Shown: positions 47,912-58,185, numbered from the stretch's first letter. The stretch is 64,000 nucleotides of DNA from Candidatus Bathyarchaeia archaeon (GCA_050010755.1 JBEKKK010000001.1:1184001-1248000); one strand, 5' to 3'. Program-made: numbers and translations. The notes: generated by a model not told the origin, from the letters alone.

Positions 47912-50900
47912 CAGTCATGCGCCTCCAGGAATTTTGCTGACACGACGTTCGAGTTTCCGTCGCGCATGTAAACGCCGTACACTTTTTGGGCTTTGTTCAC
48001 CATTTCGGGCTTCAGTGTGATGACTATGAACTGGGTTTTGTCCGCCTCTTCCAAGAGCAGATCGGCCAGTTTCGTCACGTGCAGTGCGTCAAGGTGCGCG
48101 TCTACCTCGTCGAGAATGTAGAACGATGCGGGTGTGAACTCTCTCAGGGCGAATATGAATGCGACGGCTGCTACTGAGCGTTCGCCGCCGCTGGCTCCAC
48201 CCACTACTATTGAGGGCTTGTTGGGAAACGTCACAATCATGTCTATTCCGCCTTGGAACGGGTCTTCAGCGTTTTCGAGTGTCAGGACGGCGTGTCCTCC
48301 TCCTGTGACTTTTGAGAAGTATTTGCTCAAGTTCTGGTTTATTTTGTCGAATGCTTCTGTGAAGACTTTGCGTTTTTTGCTTTCGATTTCGTCCATGAAC
48401 TGCACTATTGCTTGTTTTTCTTTTTCAAGCTCATTCATTCTCATCGAAAGTTCTTTGTAACGCGAAATCTGATCTGCGTAATGAGAAAGTGCAAGTTGGT
48501 TGACCGCGCCTATTCTTTCCAGTTCGAACTGCATCATTCTTATGGAAGTTTCGGCCTCTTCAACCTGTTTCGGCGCGACGATCAGCGGTTGATCGTAGCC
48601 GAGAAGTTTGAGTTGGTTTCGGTTCTGTTCAAGCCGCAGCTGAGAAGTTTGAACGTTCAGTTGAAGCTGATTCACCAGTCTGTCAACCTGCTCATATTCG
48701 GCGTCGAGTTTCTTGAGTTCCTTGTCTATGTCGTCAATCTGAGCCGTGAATTTCTTCGATTCTTCTCTCGCTGAGAAAACGCTCTTCGAAAGTTCAATCC
48801 GGCTTTTTTCGAGTTCTCCCAATTCCTGCTTCAGTGATTCTCTTTCTCTCAGTGCTTCTTCGACTTCTTTCTCGACTCTTCCCTGTTGCTGATTGACTTT
48901 AGAGACTTGTATCTTTGAGTTTTGATATCCAACTCTTAACACGTTGTCAAATTGCGATTGAAGCGTTGACTTTTCGGTCTCGGTGGCGCCGAGCTTCTGT
49001 CTCAAGGTGATTATTTCCTCGGCGAGTTTTTCTCTCTCAACTTCCATTTCCTGAATGTGTGCTGGATCTGCCTTCTTTCTCAAGGAAGCCAATTCGGTTT
49101 GGAGCTTCCGCATTTCCTTTTGGATTGTGCTCCTCTCAGCCCTGTGTATCCACATCTGCGATTTTTCATTCTCTATTTCTTTGTCGCTTCGAGTAACTTC
49201 GTGATCAATTCGTTTGACGTTTGATATTGTTCTTCTGATGTTTCTTTTGACTCTGGTTATCTCCCGTTCCAGAGTGGTGATGCTTTCTGTCAGGCGGGCG
49301 ATTTCGACGCGAGTCTTGGCGATTTCCTCTTCGAATCCGGTGATGTCGCTTCCTCTTCTTGAGAGGTGCTGTTGCAGCGCGTTGACTGCTTCGTCTAGGT
49401 TCTTGATGGCAAGTTCGCTCGGGATTATCGTTGAGAAGTCTATTGGAGCGCGGTAGTATCCGCTCTCAAACGCGCCGCCTACCTCGTAAACGTCCCCGTT
49501 GACGGTGACTGCGCGGCAGCCTTGGGCTGAGAGGGCTAGGGCGGTCTTGTCGTCTGAAACTATTAGCGTGTCTCCGAAAACAAAGTTGATAGCTGGCTGG
49601 AAGTTTTTCTCAAATTTCATGAAGAGTGAAGCTGCCCCGTTTATTCCTTCTTTTTCAGGAATTTTTGTTGGTTTGGCGTTCGTTGCTTCTTGTAGGGGGA
49701 TTATCTTTATCCGTCCTAGCTTCATTTTTCTGAGTGTCTCTGTGCATGTGAAGGCTGAATCAAGATCTCTTACCACAAGTGCGTCCAGCCATCCAGTGGC
49801 GGCTGCTTCTATTGCGCGCTGAAAGTTCTTGTCAATCTTTATCACGTTGCGCAGTCTTCCGTAGACGCCTTGGATTACGCCGAGGTCGCCCAGTTCTTCT
49901 ATGCTCCTTAACGCTTTTTCTTCTGCTGCGACGGTTTCTGCAAGTTCCCTTTGTGTCACGAACTCTACGACTGCTTCACGGGCTGAATCGGCGATTTTTC
50001 CAGCCTCTTTTATTTCTCTCTCTGCAGCTTCTCTCTGTGCCATTCGTTTTTCGCGGGTTCGTTCTAGGTTTTTCAGCTGTGTCTTTTGTTCTTTCTGGAC
50101 TTTTTCTAGTTCAAGGAATGACTTTTCCAGTTCACTCAATGTCCCGGAGAATCGCGTTTTTCGGTCTTGCAGATCTCTAAGTCTTCTGGCGCGCACTCTG
50201 ATTGTTGTCTGGTTTTTCAGGTACTCAGATCTTAGGAATGCGAGCCTTTTGTAGTCATCCTCGAGTTTAAGCTCGATTTCGCGAATTCTCTTGCTGTTTT
50301 GGCCGAGGTTTTCCCAAAGGTGAACGGTTTCTTTTGCGAGAGCATCGTGTTCATCTTGTTTCTGACTTGTTTGGTAGGAGATTCTTTCTTTTTCATTAAT
50401 CAACTGTCTGATTCTCAGACGATTTTCATGTATTTCTTTTCGAATCGACTGGTACTGTCCCACATTGTTTTCTCTTATCTGCTTCAGGCCTTCTAGGCTT
50501 GTTTTGCCAGAGCTGATTCTTGAGGCCATTTCTGTCAGTTTTGACTTGAGTTCTCCGATTCTCACCTGCACTTTCAGGACTTGTGAGCCGCCTTCTTCTA
50601 CTATTTCTGAGCTGAGCCTTCGCCATTCGCCTTCGACTGCTCTTCTTTTCGATCTACGATCGTCCCGCAGTTGTCTCAGTTTTTCGAGTTTGCCGCCGAT
50701 TTTTTCTGCTTCCGAAGAAGTTTCCTCAACCTTTTTCTGTGTTTGCGCCATTTCGTACGAGATTTTTACTGTTTCAAACTTTTTTATCTCACCGTGAATG
50801 AAGTTGGCTCTCAATAGTTCGTTGCGCTCTCTTTCCAGATCATCCAATCTTTTCTGGACTTCATCTATTCTTCCCATGGCCGTGCGGATGGAAATGTCTG

Positions 50901-51462
50901 CTGCTCGAAGCTTCTCTTCTGCTTGAGCTTTTTCGTCGTCGTATTGGCCTATCCCGACCAGATCTTCGATTATTTTTCGGCGTTCCATGGGTGAGATGTC
51001 TGTCAGACGTGTGATCGTGCCTTGCAGGATTATGTTCTGACTCATGGAGCTAATTCCAGCCATGGAGAGAATCTCCAAGGAGTGTGCTCTGGATATTCTT
51101 CTTCCATTGAGTCGGTATACACTCTGGCCGTTTCTGTAGACCTCCCGCGAAATCGTGACGGTAATGGTGTCAACGGGCATGCGTCCGTCTGAATTGTCAA
51201 ATTGAATGACGACCTTGGCCATTTTTGCTCTTTCCAAGCCAGCCTTTTCAGACCCGTTAAATAGCAGTTTGGCGGCGGTTTCCGCACGGAGTCTTCTCGT
51301 GCTCAATTCGCCGAGCGAGAACAAGAAGGCATCTAGAATGTTTGTTTTTCCGCTCCCGTTGGGGCCTGTGATGGCGGTGAAACCTTTATCTAGAGATACT
51401 TTAACGCCCTGCGGTCCGAATGACTTGAAGCCTTTAAGCTCTATCTTCTTAATGTAGGGCAT
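47911..51462 (-). CDS. smc: Chromosome segregation protein SMC
   Basis: GFKSF, GPNGSGKTN, coiled coils, hinge GVYG...GDT...TVNGD...GG, SGGER, LDEVDAHLD. Confidence 0.96.
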   Translation of the reverse strand: MPYIKKIELKGFKSFGPQGVKVSLDKGFTAITGPNGSGKTNILDAFLFSLGELSTRRLRAETAAKLLFNGSEKAGLERAKMAKVVIQFDNSDGRMPVDTITVTISREVYRNGQSVYRLNGRRISRAHSLEILSMAGISSMSQNIILQGTITRLTDISPMERRKIIEDLVGIGQYDDEKAQAEEKLRAADISIRTAMGRIDEVQKRLDDLERERNELLRANFIHGEIKKFETVKISYEMAQTQKKVEETSSEAEKIGGKLEKLRQLRDDRRSKRRAVEGEWRRLSSEIVEEGGSQVLKVQVRIGELKSKLTEMASRISSGKTSLEGLKQIRENNVGQYQSIRKEIHENRLRIRQLINEKERISYQTSQKQDEHDALAKETVHLWENLGQNSKRIREIELKLEDDYKRLAFLRSEYLKNQTTIRVRARRLRDLQDRKTRFSGTLSELEKSFLELEKVQKEQKTQLKNLERTREKRMAQREAAEREIKEAGKIADSAREAVVEFVTQRELAETVAAEEKALRSIEELGDLGVIQGVYGRLRNVIKIDKNFQRAIEAAATGWLDALVVRDLDSAFTCTETLRKMKLGRIKIIPLQEATNAKPTKIPEKEGINGAASLFMKFEKNFQPAINFVFGDTLIVSDDKTALALSAQGCRAVTVNGDVYEVGGAFESGYYRAPIDFSTIIPSELAIKNLDEAVNALQQHLSRRGSDITGFEEEIAKTRVEIARLTESITTLEREITRVKRNIRRTISNVKRIDHEVTRSDKEIENEKSQMWIHRAERSTIQKEMRKLQTELASLRKKADPAHIQEMEVEREKLAEEIITLRQKLGATETEKSTLQSQFDNVLRVGYQNSKIQVSKVNQQQGRVEKEVEEALRERESLKQELGELEKSRIELSKSVFSAREESKKFTAQIDDIDKELKKLDAEYEQVDRLVNQLQLNVQTSQLRLEQNRNQLKLLGYDQPLIVAPKQVEEAETSIRMMQFELERIGAVNQLALSHYADQISRYKELSMRMNELEKEKQAIVQFMDEIESKKRKVFTEAFDKINQNLSKYFSKVTGGGHAVLTLENAEDPFQGGIDMIVTFPNKPSIVVGGASGGERSVAAVAFIFALREFTPASFYILDEVDAHLDALHVTKLADLLLEEADKTQFIVITLKPEMVNKAQKVYGVYMRDGNSNVVSAKFLEAHD

Positions 51463-51579
51463 TTAGTTTAGGCCCTCGTTTTCTCTGGAGCATGCCCCTT
51501 TCTCATCGTAGACATTTGTCCGACGTTTTTATATATAAAATGTTTACTGTGTCTCCAAGCTTTAAAATTTACGTACTTT

Positions 51580-52104
51580 TCAGTGTTCTTTTCGAGTCTT
51601 CAACTTTTGCTTTGCAGCAATTTTCTTAACAAAATCCTTCAATACGGCGTCTGATCCCAGAACAATCAGGTGCTCATTGTTTTGAGCTTTGCATGAAAGG
51701 TTTGATTCCTTTGCAAGGCTTTTCAGTTTTTCTAAGGACAATTCTTTGGTAGGTGTGAGGCGAATCCACTTCCTTTCTCCAGTCACGCCGGAGACGAAGT
51801 TTGTTTCCTCCTCCTGTTCGTCAACCATTTTTCGGCCTGCTTCATTTACTTTCTGAAGCCATTCATCGACGTATTCTTGGCCGAACTTTTTCTGTCCCTC
51901 AGAAATCAGGTAGGATTCAACGTGTGTGAGGTACTCATCAATTTTCTGGGAGTTCTCCCCGCAGGCTGGGTCAGCTCTTAAAATCTTGATTATCGTCCTT
52001 GCGCTTTTCAAGTCGTCGATTATGTCGGCTGGGACAGCTACTTGGTTTTTCTTGAAGTCAGTAACCATTTCTTCCAGCACCTTCCAGACAGCGAGGTTTC
52101 CCAT
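51580..52104 (-). CDS. DUF2096 family protein
   Basis: W.VL..M..D......VP.....DL..A...I; likely ATG at 52104. Confidence 0.7.
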   Translation of the reverse strand: MGNLAVWKVLEEMVTDFKKNQVAVPADIIDDLKSARTIIKILRADPACGENSQKIDEYLTHVESYLISEGQKKFGQEYVDEWLQKVNEAGRKMVDEQEEETNFVSGVTGERKWIRLTPTKELSLEKLKSLAKESNLSCKAQNNEHLIVLGSDAVLKDFVKKIAAKQKLKTRKEH

Positions 52105-52211
52105 GGACAGGTTCACTGTTCCGTTATGGCTAGATGATTTTACATATAGGAATCGTCGCATTAAAATAAAAGGAATGGAGGCTTGCGAGCTGTTCAGGAG
52201 CTAGATCGGGC

Positions 52212-52760
52212 TTAGGTGGATGCGCGTTTTCCAAATCTCTCTTCGTAGACTATTTGGCGGAGTTCTTTTCGTTCTTTTTTGAGGACGTCGAATTTGGCGT
52301 GTCCAATCGGAAGAAGCGCTATCACATGATGTTTTTTCGGGATTTCTAGAATTTTTTTGACTTTGGTCTCAGCCGAGTTCTTCTGGTCTTTCAAATCAAG
52401 GACACCAATCCAAGCGGTTTGCAATCCTAGGCTGTGAGCGGCGAGGGCCATGTTTTGCGTGGCTGTGGCTCCGGCTTCGGCAAAGTGGTAAGGGTCTTCT
52501 TCCGTGTTAACGGTGATTGCGATGCAAACTGGTGCTTCTTTCAGTCCCTGTACAAAAGCGGTGGGAACTACCTCGCTCAATTGTTCCTTCGTTTTGGGGT
52601 CTTTTATGACCGTGAAGCTCCAAGGTTGCTTGTTAAGCCACGAAGGCGCCCACCGTCCAGCCTCAAGGACGTCTTGAATCATGCTTTGTTCTAGATCGGT
52701 GCTTTCGAATCTGAGGGTTGTTCTCCTTTTCTTGATTGCGTCCAAAACTGGGTTGTCCAT
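52212..52760 (-). CDS. Nitroreductase family protein
   Basis: I..RR..., APS..N.QPW.F, QNMALAA..LGL...W. Confidence 0.9.
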   Translation of the reverse strand: MDNPVLDAIKKRRTTLRFESTDLEQSMIQDVLEAGRWAPSWLNKQPWSFTVIKDPKTKEQLSEVVPTAFVQGLKEAPVCIAITVNTEEDPYHFAEAGATATQNMALAAHSLGLQTAWIGVLDLKDQKNSAETKVKKILEIPKKHHVIALLPIGHAKFDVLKKERKELRQIVYEERFGKRAST

Positions 52761-52986
52761 GGTTCTCTCATCTTCTTAGTATCTGGTTGAGATCGTATTT
52801 TATAAGCTTTGCAGTTCTCATCTGGTGTGTTAGACGAGTCTTGTTTCTGAGGGAATATCACTTCTGTAAAAGAGAGGTTTTTGACTTGTCTCATGGGTTG
52901 ATTGAGAGAATCTGTGATTATGCTTTTGAATTCATAAACGTTTAATCTTTCCGACAGATAGTTGATGGTTGCAGGGTGAATAATCT

Positions 52987-53205
52987 TTGAGCGAACAAAT
53001 CCTTCAGGCTTGCATAGAATTGGTTGACGATGCAAAGCAGGGTTGCGCTGATTTGGTTTTCAAGGAAGTTTGTCTCGAAATCCTTTCAAGGGCAAGTCAC
53101 GTTTTGACGGAGCGTCAATACAAACAGCTGGTTGTTTACACGTCCGAAAGAATGAAAGAGAAAATGAGCTTTGAACTTCGACAGGAATTCGCTTTGAACA
53201 AGTAG
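52987..53205 (+). CDS. Small hypothetical protein
   Basis: 72-aa ORF, TTG start with GGGTGA SD. Confidence 0.55.
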   Translation: MSEQILQACIELVDDAKQGCADLVFKEVCLEILSRASHVLTERQYKQLVVYTSERMKEKMSFELRQEFALNK

Positions 53206-53351
53206 AACATGGCTTTGCTTCGACGCTGATATTTCGGCATCATCCGACGCATTTCAATTTTAGGCTAAGCCGTATACCGCAATCTCACCCTGCCTCGTCT
53301 TTTTGGCAGTTTTTTGTTACGGGAAGATTGAAAGAGCTACCTCGTCGAGGC

Positions 53352-53837
53352 TTAGCTGAGCTTGTATCCGATTTTTCGCAGAAATTTCTTCCTTTCTTTG
53401 ATGTTCTGGTCGGTTTCGATGCCTTTGCTCTTGGTTCCGTCTATTACGCCCAGGATTCCTCTTCCTTGTTTTGTTTCTGCGATGATGATTTCTAGAGGGT
53501 TTGCCGTTGCGGCGTAGATTGTGCAGACTTCTGGGACGTTCTTGATCTTGTCTAGGACGTTTATCGGGTATGCGTTCTTCAGGAATATTATGAAACTGTG
53601 TCCGCAGCCGATTTCTAGGGCGGTTTTTGCTGCGAGTTGTCTCAGCTCTTCATCGGTTCCTTCATGCCTTACCAGGCAGGGGCCTGAGCTTTCGCAGAAG
53701 CCTATGCCGAACTTTATGTTTGGAGCGGCGTTGACCAGCGCTTCGTACAGGTCTTCCACGGTCTTGATGAAGTGTGCCATGCCCAGAATCACGTTGCAGC
53801 CTTCTCGGGCTTCAACCCTGACGGTTTTGTACTCCAA
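53352..53837 (-). CDS. Adenosine-specific kinase family (DUF355)
   Basis: [41 protein letters not shown]. Confidence 0.9.
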   Translation of the reverse strand: MEYKTVRVEAREGCNVILGMAHFIKTVEDLYEALVNAAPNIKFGIGFCESSGPCLVRHEGTDEELRQLAAKTALEIGCGHSFIIFLKNAYPINVLDKIKNVPEVCTIYAATANPLEIIIAETKQGRGILGVIDGTKSKGIETDQNIKERKKFLRKIGYKLS

Positions 53838-54132
53838 CTTTAGTATTCTCCAGTCAGTTCTTGCTAATGTTATTACTTCTTAATCTGCATTGTTGAGTTT
53901 GGCTTTGCAGCCTCTGGGGGCAGAGAATTGTGTCAGACTCTATAATCATTGATGAGGCTCGAAACCTGTTCGTGCAAACGGCAGCGTCGCCCAAAGGGCC
54001 GCGCAATATAGAAATGCGACTGAAGACTGTCCTTCGGTTGTGAGAAACTTGATGTTTTTCGCTGGGGCCCTCCGGTCTCTGTTGGTAACAATTGTGGTAA
54101 TGTTGTGTGGTAACAGATCATGAGGTGTGGTG

Positions 54133-55230
54133 TTAGATTAGGAATTTGCTGTTTTTGTAGAAGGGTTTGTCGTCTGCTTGTATTTCTGCGTCTTTTTTCA
54201 TGTCTTTTAGTATGTCCCAGTGTATTGCTGACTTGTTTTTGCCGCCTGATTCTGGGTAGGAGTTTCCTAGGGCCATGTGTATTGTGCCTCCCATTTTTTC
54301 GTCGAAGAGCATGTTCTTGGTGAATTTGGTTATTCCGTAGTTGGTTCCGATGGCGGTTTCTCCGAGGCGTTTTGCTCCTTCTATGTTGAGAAGTTTTTTG
54401 AGAAGCTCGTTTCCCTTGGCCGCCGAGGCTTTTGTCACCTTGCCATTTTTGAAGGTGAGTTTTATATCTTCGACTTCTCTGCCTGAGACTATGCCTGGGT
54501 AAGTGAACCTTATGGTGCCGTTCACGGAGTTTTCAACCGGTGCTGTGAAGACTTCTCCGTCTGGCATGTTTTCTTTTCCGCTGCAGTTTATCCATTTTCT
54601 GCCCTTCACGTTGAACGTTAGGTCCGTGTCTTCGCCGATTATGTGAATCAGGGTTGTTTGGTTTAGGAAGTCGCAGATTTTCTGTTGTTGTTTGTGCACT
54701 TTTTTCCATTCTTTAACGGGATCTTCTTTGTCTATCATGCAGCTGCTGTAAACGAAGTTCTCGTATTCTTCTAGTGACATAGCCGCTTCCTGTGCTTGAG
54801 CATCTATCGGGTAGGGCAGGCCTGTCCACCTCAGCTTTTTCTCTTCGACGCGTTTGAAGAAGATGTCTGACAGCTCCCTTCTTGAAGCTGAGGCCGTCTT
54901 TATCTTGTCTGGGTCTATGTTTGAAAGTGCTTTTGGGTTGGGTTCGCAGAATATGCCTATGGTGACGTCAATGTTCTGGATCATGAATCGTTCGAAGGGT
55001 GATAGAAATTTCAGCTGATGAGGTTTTGCGTGTTTGTAAAAGGTGTATCGAAGGTTGAGGTCGGCAATCACGGTTGGATAGGCGTCGCACAAGAGGCATT
55101 CTCTGTACAGCTCGTTGATTAGAGGAGAAGCCTGTGCAGTTCCCTGTATGAGGACTTTCTCGCGTGGTTTCACGTCGACGCTATAGTGGACGGAGAGCCG
55201 GGCGAGTTTCTCGATTCTTGGATCGACCAT
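54133..55230 (-). CDS. Thermophilic metalloaminopeptidase (M29, AmpS/AmpT)
   Basis: NMPDGEVFTAP, LGE..IG, LFDEK.GGT.H.ALG, N.S.IHWD. Confidence 0.92.
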   Translation of the reverse strand: MVDPRIEKLARLSVHYSVDVKPREKVLIQGTAQASPLINELYRECLLCDAYPTVIADLNLRYTFYKHAKPHQLKFLSPFERFMIQNIDVTIGIFCEPNPKALSNIDPDKIKTASASRRELSDIFFKRVEEKKLRWTGLPYPIDAQAQEAAMSLEEYENFVYSSCMIDKEDPVKEWKKVHKQQQKICDFLNQTTLIHIIGEDTDLTFNVKGRKWINCSGKENMPDGEVFTAPVENSVNGTIRFTYPGIVSGREVEDIKLTFKNGKVTKASAAKGNELLKKLLNIEGAKRLGETAIGTNYGITKFTKNMLFDEKMGGTIHMALGNSYPESGGKNKSAIHWDILKDMKKDAEIQADDKPFYKNSKFLI

Positions 55231-55515
55231 TTGCCGCACCGCTCAGAAAATCTTGAAACCAGCACATCATATTTAAGGGCTTTCCCCATCGAGAGGACCA
55301 GGTGATCACAGGTTCCTGCTTGTCATTTTTCAGGTTGCAGTTTGACCCTCTTTTCTTGTTTAACGCTCGAAAAAAGTGCTTAATAGTCACTACAGACTCG
55401 AATCCGCACGGCAAGATTTCTACGACAAGTTTTATAAGTCTCTGAGGCTTGTGATAATTGCGTCGTGCAAGAAGCGATTTTTGCACAAACCAAGCAAAGG
55501 AGTTGAAATCGTAAA

Positions 55516-55662
55516 ATGGCAGAGAAGGAGATGCACAAGGCAGTTTGCGCTGATTGTGGAAAGGAATGCGAAGTTCCATTCAAGCCTGACACAAGCAGAC
55601 CAGTATACTGCCGAGAGTGTTGGTCCAAGAGAAGAAACACAAACACGAGAAGAAGATTCTAA
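55516..55662 (+). CDS. CxxC-x17-CxxC domain small protein (48 aa)
   Basis: MAEKEMHKAVCADCGKECEVPFKPDTSRPVYCRECWSKRR...; AAGGAG SD, TTTATAA upstream, T-tract downstream; below the ORF-track cutoff. Confidence 0.88.
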   Translation: MAEKEMHKAVCADCGKECEVPFKPDTSRPVYCRECWSKRRNTNTRRRF

Positions 55663-55863
55663 ATCAAGCTAACAGCTTTCTAGAAAACGTCTTTATTCCT
55701 CTTTTCTTTTTTACAGTGTACACAATTTAGTTTATGTTTTGTTCAATTTGCTCCAGAGACACGGCATGGGTTTCTAGTTGAGTGTTTGAGTTCTGCCCTG
55801 GAAAGCGTGAGACCGAAAGCTCTAAATTTCTTGACGTTCGTGTTCAGTAGAGCAAGTGGAGAC

Positions 55864-55937
55864 GGGCCGGTAGTTCAGTTGGTATGAACGCCTGACTTGC
55901 ACTCAGGAGGTCTGGGGTTCAAATCCCCACCGGTCCA
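55864..55937 (+). tRNA. tRNA-Ala(TGC), no intron, CCA not encoded
   Basis: Acceptor GGGCCGG/CCGGTCC with G3:U70; D-stem GTTC/GAAC; anticodon arm CCTGA-CTTGCAC-TCAGG; T-arm TGGGG-TTCAAAT-CCCCA. Confidence 0.96.
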
Positions 55938-56137
55938 TTCTAATCTAGAAACAGAGCAATTACAAGCCGTATTTACTTCCATGTTTTTGCTTCCATCATT
56001 TACTTCCATAGCTCCAACTTTATGATAGAGATAGACACGCTTGCCGTCCTTGAACCCTTGATAGTGCTGGATTCTGGAACTATTCCCTCTCTGTTGCAAG
56101 AGCCTTCGACATGACAAACTGGACATAGAGTTTTCAT
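55875..56137 (-). pseudogene. intN-like fragment of an SSV-type (att-split) integrase, frameshifted
   Basis: AGGAGG SD, MKTLCPVCHVEG / shift / LLQQRGNSSRIQHYQGFKDGKRVYLYHK...WTGGDLNPRPPECKSG reading antisense through the tRNA 3' half. Confidence 0.55.
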
Positions 56138-56450
56138 TGGTTTACCTCCTGATTGCTTTCACTTGACGGCTTTAGGCGGGAAATCGAGTTTTCAATATTT
56201 TGGAGGATGGACGTGAGAACTATAAAGAACGTAGCTTTATCAGAATCCTTAAGAGGTTTGTTGCCCGTATCAGGTATGCGTGTGTGCCTAAAAGCTTTGT
56301 ACACACTGTCAAAAGCCAAGATGATTTCTTCAACCGTTCTGCTGACAGAGCCATAGCCAGAACCTTCATTGTAGTCCCGCCCCGCAGAATCATAGCCGCT
56401 CTTGGGGTCAAGTAAACTGATATTGGGGTTCGCTTTTCTGATTCAGACAT
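56134..56450 (-). pseudogene. Ribbon-helix-helix (CopG-like) regulator disrupted by a 5-bp duplication
   Basis: Removing one GCGGG copy (56376-56385) gives MSESEKRTPISVYLTPRAAMILRDYNEGSGYGSVSRTVEEIILAFD...; stop overlaps the intN ATG (ATGA). Confidence 0.68.
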
Positions 56451-56666
56451 TGTATTCACATTGCATATAATAGCGCGCGCGGAAATCCCCAAGAATACCT
56501 GAATGTGGTCATCTCACTCTTCATCTTGCCTAAAATGCCAAGGTTTTGGGATATTGTTAAGCAACTAAAGAATCCGTTTCAATATTGACGAAAGAATTCA
56601 AGCTGCTGTAATACGTAATAGAAGTGCGTTCCACAATTGTTAATTCCTTAAGCTGCTTATTCTTAG

Positions 56667-58169
56667 TTGCTGAAGGGAGAGAGAGGAGTCAGTTTGTTTA
56701 GGAAGACTGTTTCTGCATTAATGCTATCTTTACTGGTAATAAGCACGTTGACATTGGCATTTAGGGTTCAAATAGTCAAGGCAGATGGTGGAACTATTTA
56801 CATTAACGCTGACGGTTCTATCACGCCAGCAGGAGCTCCCATCACAACCTCTGATAACATAACGTACATGTTCACAGGCAATATTTGCTATCCAGCTTAT
56901 TGGGGAATCATTGCCGAGAGAAGCAACATTGTGATAGATGGAAATGGGCACACGGTGCAAGGAGACCAGAGCGGGTACAATTGGCATCAAGGATTCGGGT
57001 TAAGTCTCACGGACATTAACAACATCACAATAACGAACACTACCATAGTAAGCTTTGATGTCGGAATATATCTTACCGATTCGAACAACAGTGTCGTTTG
57101 TGGAAATAGCGAAATAGATAATACTGATTATGGCATCTGGCTAGATTCGTCGTTTAACGATATAATATCCGGAAACTCCGAAACGAACAATGGATTTTGT
57201 GGCATTGAAATCTTATATTCCTCAAACAATATCGTGTCTGGAAACAATGCAGTAAATAATCAACATGGGATAGTCGTCGCTGGCAATTCAAACAACATAA
57301 TCGCAAACAACATAACAGCAAACAGTCTAAATGGAATTTCTATTGCAGGAATCGGCAACGAAATAGTCGGAAACAACATAACAGAGAATGGAAACGGCAT
57401 GTATGGGTACATCGGAGAGGGCATGTTGGTCGAAGAATCTTCAAACAACATATATTACAACAACTTCGTTGACAACATGTACCAAGTTCTTGATATTTCG
57501 AGGTTTTTCCCTGGCTTTACTTCCTTAATCAACAATTGGGATTCTTTCTACGCAGGAAATTACTGGAGCGACTACACGGGCATTGATGCAAATCTTGATG
57601 GGATAGGCGACTCACCCCTAGTGATATATCCGAACAACATAGATCACTATCCACTTATGAACCAAGTGCAGTGGCCACCGCTTAACATAACAGTCACCAG
57701 TGTTTTGCCTTCCAAAACTGTTTGTTACCAGGGCTCAAACATAAGTGTAAACGTCACTGTCAGGAATGGAGACTTCCCTGAAGAAGTGTGGGTCACAGTT
57801 TACAGTGAGATCAGCAACATGAGCATTGGCACATACCCAGCATGCTTGGAAATAGGACAGAGCTATACCTTCAAATTCAATTGGAACACTAAGAACGTGC
57901 AATGCCAAAATTACACATTAACAGCAGTTGCGACAATCCCAACAGGCTCGAATGCCCTTTCTGATGGGAACATAAGTGTCAGGCTAGTTGGTGACGTAAA
58001 CGGAGACGGGAGAATCGATCTTAGAGACACAGCACTGGTAGCCCGAGCCCTCGGCTCCACTCCGACCAGTGCTAACTGGAACCCATCTGCTGATATTGAC
58101 GGTGACGGCGTGGTGAACATGCAAGACATCACGCTGGTAGCCAGGCACTTCGGACAACACTACCCCTAA
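56667..58169 (+). CDS. Secreted NosD/parallel beta-helix protein with CARDB-like and dockerin domains
   Basis: Signal peptide; GI.L..S.NN.I.GN repeats; GNYWSDY; GDVNGDGRIDLRD and ADIDGDGVVNMQD. Confidence 0.85.
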   Translation: MLKGERGVSLFRKTVSALMLSLLVISTLTLAFRVQIVKADGGTIYINADGSITPAGAPITTSDNITYMFTGNICYPAYWGIIAERSNIVIDGNGHTVQGDQSGYNWHQGFGLSLTDINNITITNTTIVSFDVGIYLTDSNNSVVCGNSEIDNTDYGIWLDSSFNDIISGNSETNNGFCGIEILYSSNNIVSGNNAVNNQHGIVVAGNSNNIIANNITANSLNGISIAGIGNEIVGNNITENGNGMYGYIGEGMLVEESSNNIYYNNFVDNMYQVLDISRFFPGFTSLINNWDSFYAGNYWSDYTGIDANLDGIGDSPLVIYPNNIDHYPLMNQVQWPPLNITVTSVLPSKTVCYQGSNISVNVTVRNGDFPEEVWVTVYSEISNMSIGTYPACLEIGQSYTFKFNWNTKNVQCQNYTLTAVATIPTGSNALSDGNISVRLVGDVNGDGRIDLRDTALVARALGSTPTSANWNPSADIDGDGVVNMQDITLVARHFGQHYP

Positions 58170-58185
58170 CCCCTATTCCTAATTT

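Noticed and set aside
53948-53966. Hammerhead ribozyme core (TGATGA...GAAAC)
   Set aside because: Core reads UUGAUGA rather than CUGAUGA, stem II is too short, and stems I/III are not evident.
55376-55672. ORF-track 98-aa and 88-aa ORFs at this locus
   Set aside because: The real gene is the 48-aa CxxC-x17-CxxC ORF in another frame (55516-55662).
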